The notes: generated by a model from the sequence alone, not told the origin. 40,226 bases of DNA from Anaerolineales bacterium (GCA_035291705.1 DATDRM010000037.1:1-40226); one strand, 5' to 3'; counted from the stretch's first letter, positions 9,471 to 18,201 are shown. Program-made: numbers and translations.

Positions 9471-10622
9471 TCACCCAGTGACTTCGAAGAAACCCATCCA
9501 GCCCAGCTCGGCCAACTCGCTTTGATGGGCGTGGAACATATACAACCCTGGCTCAAATCCCTTGAAAGAAAACTCCAGGATGCCCCGCTGCGCCTGGCAA
9601 AGCATAACCGTATCTATGATCTTATGAGTCGGCTTGAGCGTCGTGCCATGATCGTAATAATCGAAGAAGTTGGCGTGAAGGTGGATTGAGTTAATCGGAT
9701 CAAATTCGGTGATGTTGACCAGGTAGAGCCGCTGGAGCTGGTCTTGTTTAATCTTGATCGGTTGGTTCATGTAAGCAAAAGCCACCGAATTCACCGCATA
9801 CACTTCGTTCTCTCCATCAAAGTTGGTATCGAAGCCGTTCATCACCATCACCATCTCATTGATTTCCTGGGTTTCAGGATACATGTGATTGCGAGCCTTG
9901 GCAAGCTCGTGTTCCTCCCCTTGATACTTCTCGGGGTCAGGGTCGATGACAAAGGCTCCATACAATCCCTTGTGAATGTGCCGTTTGAGCGGGTTGGCAT
10001 GGCAGTGGTAAAGGTGGCAGCCGAAAGGATAAGCGTCGAACTCGTAAATTGTTTCTTCCCCGGGAGCGATCTCGCCCGCGCCGACTCCCGGTACTCCGTC
10101 CATTCGCGCCGAGTGGATTCCGTGAAAGTGGATCGTATGCGGGTGGCTGCCGGCGTTGACGAACTTAATGCGGATGCGCTCCCCCTCTACGCAGCGCAAG
10201 CTAGGACCTGGAACACGTTGGTTATACGTCCAGGCTGGGAAGAACACACCTGGGGCGACCTCAATTTCTTTATCAACCGCGGCAATGTGGAATTCACGCA
10301 ACGTTTGTCCACCCGGCAAGGTGCTGACCTGGCCATAATCCCAATCAGAGAGCATGGCTGTCGGATCAAAGCCGTTGGCGGCGTGGTCTACCTGCCCGAC
10401 CGTGCCTGTCCCACCGTGTGCATGTCCCGTGACCGGTGTTGATCTGTTGGTATGCGCGGTGTGACCTTCGGTTGAGTGAGAGGCGGCGTGGCGCGAGGCC
10501 ACCCCGCCCCGGCTGGCCACCACGCCGCTGGCTGCCACACCGGTAGCCGCCAGCCCACCCCCCAAGAGCGTTTTTAAGAAATCGCGACGTGTAAAAGGTC
10601 GGAGAATACGCTTATCATTCAT
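9471..10622 (-). CDS. Tat-exported two-domain multicopper oxidase (cupredoxin x2)
   Basis: Twin-arginine signal TRRDFLK, a His-rich stretch after the signal, copper motifs HTIHFHGIH, YHCHANPLKRHIHKGLYG (HCH), HLHANF and MFHAHQ. RBS GAGGAAA upstream. Confidence 0.75.
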   Translation of the reverse strand: MNDKRILRPFTRRDFLKTLLGGGLAATGVAASGVVASRGGVASRHAASHSTEGHTAHTNRSTPVTGHAHGGTGTVGQVDHAANGFDPTAMLSDWDYGQVSTLPGGQTLREFHIAAVDKEIEVAPGVFFPAWTYNQRVPGPSLRCVEGERIRIKFVNAGSHPHTIHFHGIHSARMDGVPGVGAGEIAPGEETIYEFDAYPFGCHLYHCHANPLKRHIHKGLYGAFVIDPDPEKYQGEEHELAKARNHMYPETQEINEMVMVMNGFDTNFDGENEVYAVNSVAFAYMNQPIKIKQDQLQRLYLVNITEFDPINSIHLHANFFDYYDHGTTLKPTHKIIDTVMLCQAQRGILEFSFKGFEPGLYMFHAHQSELAELGWMGFFEVTG

Positions 10623-10640
10623 AGAAATTTCCTCATAAAA

Positions 10641-10662
10641 AATCTAAATTATTAATTAGATT
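10641..10662. promoter_or_regulatory. Palindrome AATCTAA-N8-TTAGATT just upstream of the oxidase RBS
   Basis: Perfect 7-bp arms in the AT-rich divergent intergenic region, 19 nt from the oxidase start codon. Confidence 0.3.
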
Positions 10663-10817
10663 AGACTAAATTTACCTGATTTATTATATATGTTCATCCC
10701 CTATTCGTCAAGACCCAGCCCAGAGAAGCGTCTTTCCAGGCAGGTGTGACAAATATCCAAACTATTCGTGACAGGTGGTACTAAAAACAATCCGAAGGCC
10801 TATTTATACTATATCTA

Positions 10818-10837
10818 GGGAAATAGCCAGATTTCCC
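10818..10837. promoter_or_regulatory. Palindrome GGGAAAT-N6-ATTTCCC upstream of the CODH/ACS operon
   Basis: Perfect 7-bp inverted arms 47 nt before ATG 10884 and just downstream of a TATACT -10-like hexamer (10805-10810). Confidence 0.3.
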
Positions 10838-10883
10838 GACATATTAACTAGCGAGGAAACAATCTAACCAGGGAAAGGTGCCC

Positions 10884-11279
10884 ATGAAAAAGACCACACT
10901 TGAACTTCCAACCATGTATGGCGATCACCATGTCCTCGAAGTGAGGAGCATCCTGTTGGCGATACCCGGCGTAAGCGAGGTGTATGCCAGCAGCGGCTTC
11001 CAGGTGGTTGAGGTGACGTACGACCCGGATAAAGTGAACGATCTTGAAATTGCCTCGAAACTCGACGAAGCGGGCTATCTTGGCGAATGGTCGGTTGTCG
11101 GTGAAAAAGGTACCCCAGCCACCTCCAAGAACGGCGATGAAACCTTCTTCCGTCACACCGCTGTCTACGAGCAGACCAAGCAGGTGGTTAGCTTCGCGCA
11201 GAATGTTGGAGAAGTTGGACGTCCATTGTGGCCTTGTCCTGGGATGGGCGTCATCAAAACCATGGATGAGGAGAATTAG
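10884..11279 (+). CDS. Small HMA-fold-like protein lacking CxxC (MYGDHH in its place), first gene of the CODH/ACS operon
   Basis: The pattern LELPTMYGDHHVLEVRSILLAIPGVSEVYAS...VEVTYDPDKV...IASKLDEAGY matches a ferredoxin-like heavy-metal-associated layout. RBS GGGAAAGG lies 5 nt before ATG 10884. The stop is 2 nt before cooS. Confidence 0.5.
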   Translation: MKKTTLELPTMYGDHHVLEVRSILLAIPGVSEVYASSGFQVVEVTYDPDKVNDLEIASKLDEAGYLGEWSVVGEKGTPATSKNGDETFFRHTAVYEQTKQVVSFAQNVGEVGRPLWPCPGMGVIKTMDEEN

Positions 11280-11281
11280 CG

Positions 11282-13294
11282 ATGGCTCAGAAAAGAAGCC
11301 TTGAGGAAAAAACGATCGACCCCGCAGCACAAGCCATGCTGATCCGGGCTGACGAGCTGGGCATCAGCACAGCCTTCACCCGGGCAGATAATCTTGCCCC
11401 CTGCAATATCGGTGGAGCCGGTATGTGCTGCAAATTGTGCGGGATGGGGCCTTGTCGCTTGACCAAAGACGGGCAAACTGGCATTTGTGGCGCAACTATC
11501 GATACGATCCAGGCGCGCAACCTGATCCGCGCCATCGCCGCCGGCAGCGCGGCCCACTCAGACCACGGGCGGGACATGGCCTTCACCCTCAAAGCCGTAG
11601 CCGAAGGGGTAGCGGAGGGTTACCGAATCAAGGATGTGGCTAAGCTGCGCACGATTGCCGCTAAATACGACATTCCCATCGAGAAGCGCTCTCCCGAGGA
11701 GATCGCCAACGACCTGGCCGATCTGTATATCTCACAATTCGGCCAGCAAAAAGGCGCTCTCGCTCCGATCATCCGCGCCCCCAAGAAACGCCAGGAGTTA
11801 TGGAAAGAGCGCGGTGTGATCCCGCGCGGCATCGACCGGGAAGTCGTCGAATCCTTGCACCGCACCCATATCGGTGATGACCAGGATCCGGAACACATCC
11901 TGCAACACGCCATCCGCACGGGATTGGCCGATGGTTGGGGCGGCAGCATGATCGCTACCGACGTGGCCGACATTCTGTTCGGGACGCCCGCCCCACTGCT
12001 CGGACAGGCCAACCTGGGCGTGCTTAAGGACGACATGGTCAACGTAGTCGTCCACGGTCACGAACCAACCCTGAGCGAAATGATCGTCACCGCTTCGCAG
12101 GACCCCGAGATCATCGAATACGCCAAGGCCGCCGGATCGAATGGTGTTAACCTGTCAGGCATCTGCTGCACGGCGAACGAGATCCTCATGCGCCAGGGCA
12201 TCCCCGCGGCTGGCAACTTCCTCCACCAGGAACTGGCCATCCTGACCGGGTCGGTCGAAGCCATGGTAGTAGATGTTCAGTGCATCATGCAAGCCCTGGT
12301 CGATCTGGCTGGGAATTTCCACACCAAAGTGATCACCACCTCCCCCAAGGTGAAGATCAAAGGCGCCACCCATATCGAGTTCGACGAGCACAAGGCGCTG
12401 ACCATCGCCAAGCAAATCCTGCGCACCGCCATCGACAATTATAAGAACCGTGGTGTGACCCACATCCCGCAGGTGCGTGAAGACCTGATCCCAGGCTTCT
12501 CCCACGAATATATCAACTACATGCTAGGCGGTTCCTACCGGGCCTCCTTCCGGCCGCTCAATGACGCCATCATGACCGGCAGGATCCGCGGCGTGGCGGC
12601 GATCGTCGGATGCAACAACCCGCGCAGCTCGCAAGACTACCTGCACACCAAAGTCGTCCGGGACCTTCTGAAACAAGACGTGTTGATCGTGCAGACCGGT
12701 TGTGGTGCCATCGCCAGCGCCAAGCTGGGCTTGCTGCTCGGCGAAGCCGGCCTCGACCAGGTTGGCCCAGGCTTGCGTGAAGTGTGCGAAGCTGTTGGCA
12801 TCCCTCCTGTACTTCACATGGGTTCTTGCGTGGACAACACCCGCATCCTGACCGTGCTCACCCAGATGGTCGAGGAAGGTGGTCTGGGCGACGATATCGA
12901 TCAGGTGCCGGCGGTTGGATTGGCGCCGGAATGGATGAGCGAGAAAGCCCTGGCCATCGCTACGTATTGTGTCGCTTCCGGCGCGTATGTCATCTTCGGC
13001 GGGTCTTCCCCAGTGAGCGGCATGCCTGACCGGGTCGAAGATAGCGACATCGTGCTACGTTATCTCAGCGAAGGCTGGGAAAAACTGTATGGCGGCAAGC
13101 TGGAGTTTATCGCCGATCCCGACGAGATGATCCGCCTGACACTCGAGCATATCGACAAAAAGCGTGCTGCTCTGGGATTGCCCGTCTACGATGCAAATCG
13201 TTTCGGAAAGAGCGGCGACACACGCATGCTTGAACTCGAGGGACTGCCGCTCGAGCAACGCGTGGCTGCCCTTTATGGTGTAGCTGCGGACTAG
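11282..13294 (+). CDS. cooS: Ni-dependent anaerobic carbon monoxide dehydrogenase catalytic subunit
   Basis: CNIGGAGMCCKLCGMGPCRL (B/D-cluster cysteines), HGHEP, GICCTANE, GCNNP and GSCVDN C-cluster motifs. 670 aa, directly upstream of acsB. Confidence 0.95.
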   Translation: MAQKRSLEEKTIDPAAQAMLIRADELGISTAFTRADNLAPCNIGGAGMCCKLCGMGPCRLTKDGQTGICGATIDTIQARNLIRAIAAGSAAHSDHGRDMAFTLKAVAEGVAEGYRIKDVAKLRTIAAKYDIPIEKRSPEEIANDLADLYISQFGQQKGALAPIIRAPKKRQELWKERGVIPRGIDREVVESLHRTHIGDDQDPEHILQHAIRTGLADGWGGSMIATDVADILFGTPAPLLGQANLGVLKDDMVNVVVHGHEPTLSEMIVTASQDPEIIEYAKAAGSNGVNLSGICCTANEILMRQGIPAAGNFLHQELAILTGSVEAMVVDVQCIMQALVDLAGNFHTKVITTSPKVKIKGATHIEFDEHKALTIAKQILRTAIDNYKNRGVTHIPQVREDLIPGFSHEYINYMLGGSYRASFRPLNDAIMTGRIRGVAAIVGCNNPRSSQDYLHTKVVRDLLKQDVLIVQTGCGAIASAKLGLLLGEAGLDQVGPGLREVCEAVGIPPVLHMGSCVDNTRILTVLTQMVEEGGLGDDIDQVPAVGLAPEWMSEKALAIATYCVASGAYVIFGGSSPVSGMPDRVEDSDIVLRYLSEGWEKLYGGKLEFIADPDEMIRLTLEHIDKKRAALGLPVYDANRFGKSGDTRMLELEGLPLEQRVAALYGVAAD

Positions 13295-13307
13295 AGGAGA
13301 GGAGACT

Positions 13308-15596
13308 ATGTCTAAATACATCGCTACGCGCGCCATTCGCGGCGCTAACGCCCTGGTCACCGAAGCTGAGCTGATGCTCCAAAAGGCATTGCGAGAAAAA
13401 GGGCCAGAGACTCTGGTTTCCTTCCCCAACACGGCCTATTACCTGCCCTTGATTCTCGGTATGACGGGAGTCCAGATCGAGACCCTTGGGCAGCTGCAGC
13501 CGGTCATCCAACACGCTCGAGAGCTCTTGCATCCCACCCCCTCCTTCAAGCACTGGACGCCCTACCTGGGGGAGACCCTGGACAGCGGCATGGCGACTCT
13601 GATCGCCGCGGAGACGATTGAGGCGGTGCGTTTCGCCTATCACCTGCAACCGGAATCCATGCCCGGTTTCAAACTGGCCGGCGGCACGGCTTTCACCAGC
13701 CCTGACGCTGGCGCGGGAGGCAACGGTGCCGACGGTCACCTGAACGGCCCGATCGACGATATCCAGTTGCGCTCCTGGGGCATCCAGCTGGTCGACGGGC
13801 GCATGCCAGGTTTCGCAGCCATTGTCGGCGCTGCCAGGACTAACGAGGTGGCAGTTAAAATCGTGCGCGAGCTCCAGCGGCGCAATATCCTTACATTCCT
13901 ATCTGGCAATGTGAACGGGCGCAGTATCATCCACCAGTTGAATGAGGAAGGCGTCGAACTGGGCTATGACACCTACACGGTGCCATTCGGCACCGATACG
14001 ATCAGCGCTATCTATGCCCTGGGCTTTGCCGTCCGCTCGGCGTTGACCTTCGGCGGCTTAAAGGGAGGTATGGCGCGCGATATCCTGCTCTACAACAAGA
14101 ACCGCGTCTTCGCCTTTGTGCTCGCCCTGGGTGAGGTGGACGACTTGAAGTACGCCGCCGCAGCTGGAGCGATAAACTTCGGCTTCCCGGTTATCGCCGA
14201 TACCGTTATCCCCGAGATACTGCCGACTGGAGTCACCACTTACGAGCACGTTGTCAGCATGCCTTTCAACGAAATCGAGGGCAAAGACGATCTCGAACGC
14301 GCCGAACGGCTGGTACAGAAGTGCATTGAGGTGCGCGGCGTCAAGGTCAAGATGGCCGATGTCCCCGTACCAGTACCTTACGGATCAGCCTTCGAAGGCG
14401 AGGTGGTGCGGAAATCCGATATGCGCATCGAGTTCGGCGGCAAATATTCGCGCTGCTTCGAATATCTGCGCATGGCCCCCCTGGACGAAGTCGTAGACGG
14501 CAAAGTCGAGGTCGTGGGTCCTGGTTTCGAAACCGTGCCGCCGCAGGGCAGCCTGGATATGGGCATCGTGGTGAGAGTCGCCGGCCGGCAGATGCAGGAA
14601 GACTTCGAGCCAGTGCTAGAACGCCAGATCCACTACTTCGTCAACGGCGCTTCCGGTATCCAGCATATCGGGCAACGCGACATCGCTTGGATCCGCATTT
14701 CCAACGCTGCCGCCGATAAGGGTTTCAACTTAGAACACTTCGGCAAAATCTTGCATGCCCGCTTCCACGCCGATTTCGGAGCGATCGTGGACAAGGTGCA
14801 GGTCACCATCTACACCGAACCTGCGTTGATGCAGGAATGGCTGGGCAAAGCTCGCCAAGCTTACGATTACCGCAACAAACGCCTGGCTGACCTGGTCGAT
14901 AGCTCTGTCGAGGAGTTCTACTCGTGTACCTTGTGTCAGTCCTTTGCCCCGAACCACGTTTGTGTAGTCAGCCCGGAACGGCTGGGACTGTGCGGCGCAT
15001 ACAACTGGTTGGATTGCAAGGCCTCCTTTAGCATCAATCCCACCGGACCTAACCAGCCGATTAAACTGGGCAAATCGGTCGACCCGCTCAAGGGATATTG
15101 GACCGGCACCAACGACTATGCTAAGATCGGTTCGCACGGCGTAGTGCAAGAAGTAGCCATGTACTCAATCATGGAAAACCCGATGACGGCCTGCGGCTGC
15201 TTCGAGTGCATCGTCATGCTGATCCCGGAAGCCAATGGTGTGATGGTGGTCAGCCGCGAAGACACCAGCATGACCCCGGCCGGGATGACCTTCAGCACGC
15301 TGGCCGGCGTCGCCGGCGGCGGCCTGCAGACTCCTGGCGTGATGGGTGTCGGCAAGTACTACCTGATCAGCCCCAAGTTCATCTACGCCGATGGCGGCTT
15401 CAAGCGCGTGGTGTGGATGAGCAAAGTGCTCAAGGAGAGTATGGCCGAAGAGTTCCAGGCAGTCGCAATCCGTGAAGGCGATCCCGACTTGATCGACAAG
15501 ATCGCCGACGAACGGAATGCCACCACAGTAGAAGAATTGCTCGCCTGGATGGAAGAAAAAAGCCATCCAGCGCTGGTAATGGATCCGATTTTTTAA
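13308..15596 (+). CDS. acsB: Acetyl-CoA synthase (A-cluster subunit of CODH/ACS)
   Basis: SFPNTAYYLPLI N-terminus, CTLCQSFAPNHVCVVSPERLGLCGAYNWLDC and the CGCFEC A-cluster motif. 762 aa. Confidence 0.95.
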   Translation: MSKYIATRAIRGANALVTEAELMLQKALREKGPETLVSFPNTAYYLPLILGMTGVQIETLGQLQPVIQHARELLHPTPSFKHWTPYLGETLDSGMATLIAAETIEAVRFAYHLQPESMPGFKLAGGTAFTSPDAGAGGNGADGHLNGPIDDIQLRSWGIQLVDGRMPGFAAIVGAARTNEVAVKIVRELQRRNILTFLSGNVNGRSIIHQLNEEGVELGYDTYTVPFGTDTISAIYALGFAVRSALTFGGLKGGMARDILLYNKNRVFAFVLALGEVDDLKYAAAAGAINFGFPVIADTVIPEILPTGVTTYEHVVSMPFNEIEGKDDLERAERLVQKCIEVRGVKVKMADVPVPVPYGSAFEGEVVRKSDMRIEFGGKYSRCFEYLRMAPLDEVVDGKVEVVGPGFETVPPQGSLDMGIVVRVAGRQMQEDFEPVLERQIHYFVNGASGIQHIGQRDIAWIRISNAAADKGFNLEHFGKILHARFHADFGAIVDKVQVTIYTEPALMQEWLGKARQAYDYRNKRLADLVDSSVEEFYSCTLCQSFAPNHVCVVSPERLGLCGAYNWLDCKASFSINPTGPNQPIKLGKSVDPLKGYWTGTNDYAKIGSHGVVQEVAMYSIMENPMTACGCFECIVMLIPEANGVMVVSREDTSMTPAGMTFSTLAGVAGGGLQTPGVMGVGKYYLISPKFIYADGGFKRVVWMSKVLKESMAEEFQAVAIREGDPDLIDKIADERNATTVEELLAWMEEKSHPALVMDPIF

Positions 15597-15632
15597 AAGA
15601 TGAAGGTGAAATGATGTAGGAAGGGGTTTAGA

Positions 15633-15678
15633 GATAGGGGATTCGCTTCGAAGCAAGCCGGATCCCCTATCCCTTTTT
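15633..15678 (+). terminator. Intra-operon hairpin plus T-tract after acsB (partial terminator or attenuator candidate)
   Basis: GATAGGGGAT / ATCCCCTATC 10-bp stem with a loop containing the palindrome GCTTCGAAGC, followed by CCTTTTTG. Confidence 0.5.
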
Positions 15679-15803
15679 GAACGAAATAGATAAGCATTAT
15701 CCCAAGCTAACCTCAATACCTGGACAACGCAAACCAGTCGTTAAAACCGACACTGTGACCAGGAAACTATGAGACTATTCGACTAAAGAAGGAGTATAAG
15801 CCC

Positions 15804-16778
15804 ATGCCCATCGAAATACCCATGGATAAGTGGCCTGGCGCTATCCGCACTATCACCTTGGGGGCGACGGCTGCGGAGGGTGGCACACGATCTCGGACGA
15901 TCACCGTCGGCGGCGAGAAATCCCTGCCATTCTTGCACTTCGAAAGCGAAATGCCCAACCCGCCGGCGATCGCGGTGGAGATCAAGGATCGCCGCCCGGA
16001 TGATTGGTCGCCCCTGCTGCTTAAAGCCTGGGGCGAGGCAGCCGAAAACCCGGTCAGCTGGGCGAAAGCCGCCGAAGCCGCGGGTGCAGACCTGATCCAA
16101 CTCTCCCTCAGCCTGACCGACGCGGCGGGCAACCCCAATACCCCCCAGGCCGCCGTGGCCGCCGTCAAGGCCACCCTCGCAGCCTGCGGCCTGCCTCTGC
16201 TCGTCTTCGGCCCCGGGCAGGCTGAAATGGATAATGAATTGCTGGTAGCTGTAGCCGAAGCGACCAAGGGTGAACGCCTGGTACTGGGCTTGTGCGAAGA
16301 CAAGAATTACCGCACCATCGTGGCCACCGCCATGGCAAACGGTCACCTGGTCAGCGCCCGCACCCCAATGGATGTCAACCTGGCCAAGCAACTCAATATT
16401 CTGATCAGCGATATGGGCTTTCCGCTCGATCGTATTCTGATGGACCCCACCACTGGCGCGCTGGGATACGGCATCGAATATGGCTTTTCGGCGATGGAGC
16501 GGTTGCGCCTGGCGGCCTTGCAAGGTGACTCGATGACCCAACTGCCGATGATCGTCACGCCCGGCTTCGAAGCCTGGAAGGCCAAGGAATCCAAAGTTGG
16601 CGAAGGCGTCCCTGAAGCCTGGGGAGACTGGCTGGGACGAGCGATCAACTGGGAGACTTTGACCGCCACTGCCCTCCTGGAGTCCGGTGCCGATATTTTG
16701 GTACTCCGCCACCCGGAGAGCGTCAGGCGCCTCAACACCGTGATCGCCGATCTGATGGCGGCACCTGTAACCGCATAG
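15804..16778 (+). CDS. acsD: Corrinoid iron-sulfur protein small subunit (CFeSP delta)
   Basis: 324-aa TIM-barrel-type sequence with a typical AcsD N-terminus (MPIEIP...WPGAIRTITLGAT). AAGGAG RBS. Between acsB and acsC. Confidence 0.9.
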   Translation: MPIEIPMDKWPGAIRTITLGATAAEGGTRSRTITVGGEKSLPFLHFESEMPNPPAIAVEIKDRRPDDWSPLLLKAWGEAAENPVSWAKAAEAAGADLIQLSLSLTDAAGNPNTPQAAVAAVKATLAACGLPLLVFGPGQAEMDNELLVAVAEATKGERLVLGLCEDKNYRTIVATAMANGHLVSARTPMDVNLAKQLNILISDMGFPLDRILMDPTTGALGYGIEYGFSAMERLRLAALQGDSMTQLPMIVTPGFEAWKAKESKVGEGVPEAWGDWLGRAINWETLTATALLESGADILVLRHPESVRRLNTVIADLMAAPVTA

Positions 16779-16779
16779 A

Positions 16780-16839
16780 GACGAACGACGAACGACCAAG
16801 GACCAAAGTAGAACAATCCTTCTTCCTTCGTCTTTCGTC
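16780..16839 (+). repeat. Inverted heptamer arrays forming a ~23-bp imperfect hairpin in the acsD-acsC spacer
   Basis: The 5' arm GACGAAC GACGAAC GACCAAG GA (16780-16802) pairs 19/23 with TCCTTCTTCCTTCGTCTTTCGTC (16817-16839). Loop is 14 nt and both arms have 7-nt periodicity. Confidence 0.65.
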
Positions 16840-16860
16840 ATTTGTCGATTGGAGAGAACC

Positions 16861-18201
16861 ATGGCACTATCTGGAATCCAAATTTATAAACTCCTGCCCC
16901 AAACGAACTGCAAAGATTGCGGCTTCCCGACTTGTCTGGCCTTTGCCATGAAGCTGGCCGCCAAGCAAGTAGAGCTTTCGGCCTGCCCGCATGTCAGCGA
17001 GGAATCCAAAGCCCAGCTAGCCGAATCGGCTGCCCCACCGATCCGCCTGGTGGTGCTGAAATCCGATGGCTATGAGGTAAAAGCTGGCAACGAAGTTGTC
17101 TTATTCCGGCATGAGAAGACTTTTTACAACAAGCCGGGCTTGTTCATCCGCGTTCACGACTCGCAAACTCCAGAAGAGATCAAAGCTAAGGTGGCGCATG
17201 CCGATGGTTTCAAAGTAAATTATGTCGGCATCGACCTGGTCCTGGATGGATTCGCAGTCGCTTCGGTTTCTGGCGATGCCGCCGCTTTCTCTGCAGCGGT
17301 CACTGCGGTCCGCCAGGCGAGCCACCGCCCCCTGATCTTGATGAGCCGGGATCCCGAAATCCTGGCTGGCGGGCTGCAGGCAGTCGACGGCGAAAGCCCG
17401 TTGATTTATGGGGCAGATGCACAGAACTGGGAAGCGATGGCCGATCTTGCCAAAAAGCACCATGCAGCCCTGGCGGTGATCGCCAGCACGTTGGAGGATC
17501 TGGCTGATCTCACTGAGAAGATCAAGTCCAGGGGCGTGGAAGACCTGGTGCTCGACCCCGGTGGGCGCACCTTCGGCCCGGCTTTGACAAACAGCACTCA
17601 AATCCGCCGCCTGGCCCTTAAAAAGAACTTTCGCCCTCTCGGCTACCCCGTGATCACCTTCCCAGGCGATGTCGGCGACCCAACCCTGGAACCCATGTTG
17701 GCGGCTCAATCGATCGCCAAGTACGCCGGTTTCATCGTGATGGACCAATTTGCCCCAGAGGCGATCTATCCTTTGCTGGTCTTGCGCCAAAACATCTATA
17801 CCGACCCGCAGAAGCCAATTCAGGTCCAGCCGGGTCTATATGAAATCAATAACCCCAAACCAGAAGACCCGGTGCTGGTCACAACCAACTTCAGCATCAC
17901 TTATTTCAGCGTCGCCAACGAAGTCGAAGGCTCCGGACTGCCGGCCTGGTTGGTTGTCACCGACGCAGAGGGGATGAGCGTGCTGACTGCCTGGGCGGCG
18001 GGGAAATTCGACGCCGAACGGATCGCCAAAGCGGTAAAAGGCTTCTCTGTGGCCGATAAAGTCAGCCGAAAGCGCGTTGTGATCCCAGGCCATGTGGCGG
18101 TGCTCTCCGGCGAGCTGGAAGAGGAGCTGCCCGGCTGGGAGATCCGGGTTGGCCCGCGCGAAGCGGTGGATATACCGACCTTCATGAAGCAGGCGCTTTG
18201 A
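16861..18201 (+). CDS. acsC: Corrinoid iron-sulfur protein large subunit (CFeSP gamma)
   Basis: N-terminal [4Fe-4S] motif NCKDCGFPTCLAFAMKLA...CPHV and a C-terminal corrinoid-binding region. ATG 16861 is preferred over TTG 16849 because GGAGAG lies 4-5 nt upstream. Confidence 0.9.
   Translation: MALSGIQIYKLLPQTNCKDCGFPTCLAFAMKLAAKQVELSACPHVSEESKAQLAESAAPPIRLVVLKSDGYEVKAGNEVVLFRHEKTFYNKPGLFIRVHDSQTPEEIKAKVAHADGFKVNYVGIDLVLDGFAVASVSGDAAAFSAAVTAVRQASHRPLILMSRDPEILAGGLQAVDGESPLIYGADAQNWEAMADLAKKHHAALAVIASTLEDLADLTEKIKSRGVEDLVLDPGGRTFGPALTNSTQIRRLALKKNFRPLGYPVITFPGDVGDPTLEPMLAAQSIAKYAGFIVMDQFAPEAIYPLLVLRQNIYTDPQKPIQVQPGLYEINNPKPEDPVLVTTNFSITYFSVANEVEGSGLPAWLVVTDAEGMSVLTAWAAGKFDAERIAKAVKGFSVADKVSRKRVVIPGHVAVLSGELEEELPGWEIRVGPREAVDIPTFMKQAL

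Noticed and set aside
9471-10622. Copper nitrite reductase NirK
   Set aside because: The size, Tat signal and two cupredoxin domains fit. However, the protein has an H-C-H motif and HxH pairs characteristic of a trinuclear-cluster multicopper oxidase rather than the NirK C-A...H...M pattern.
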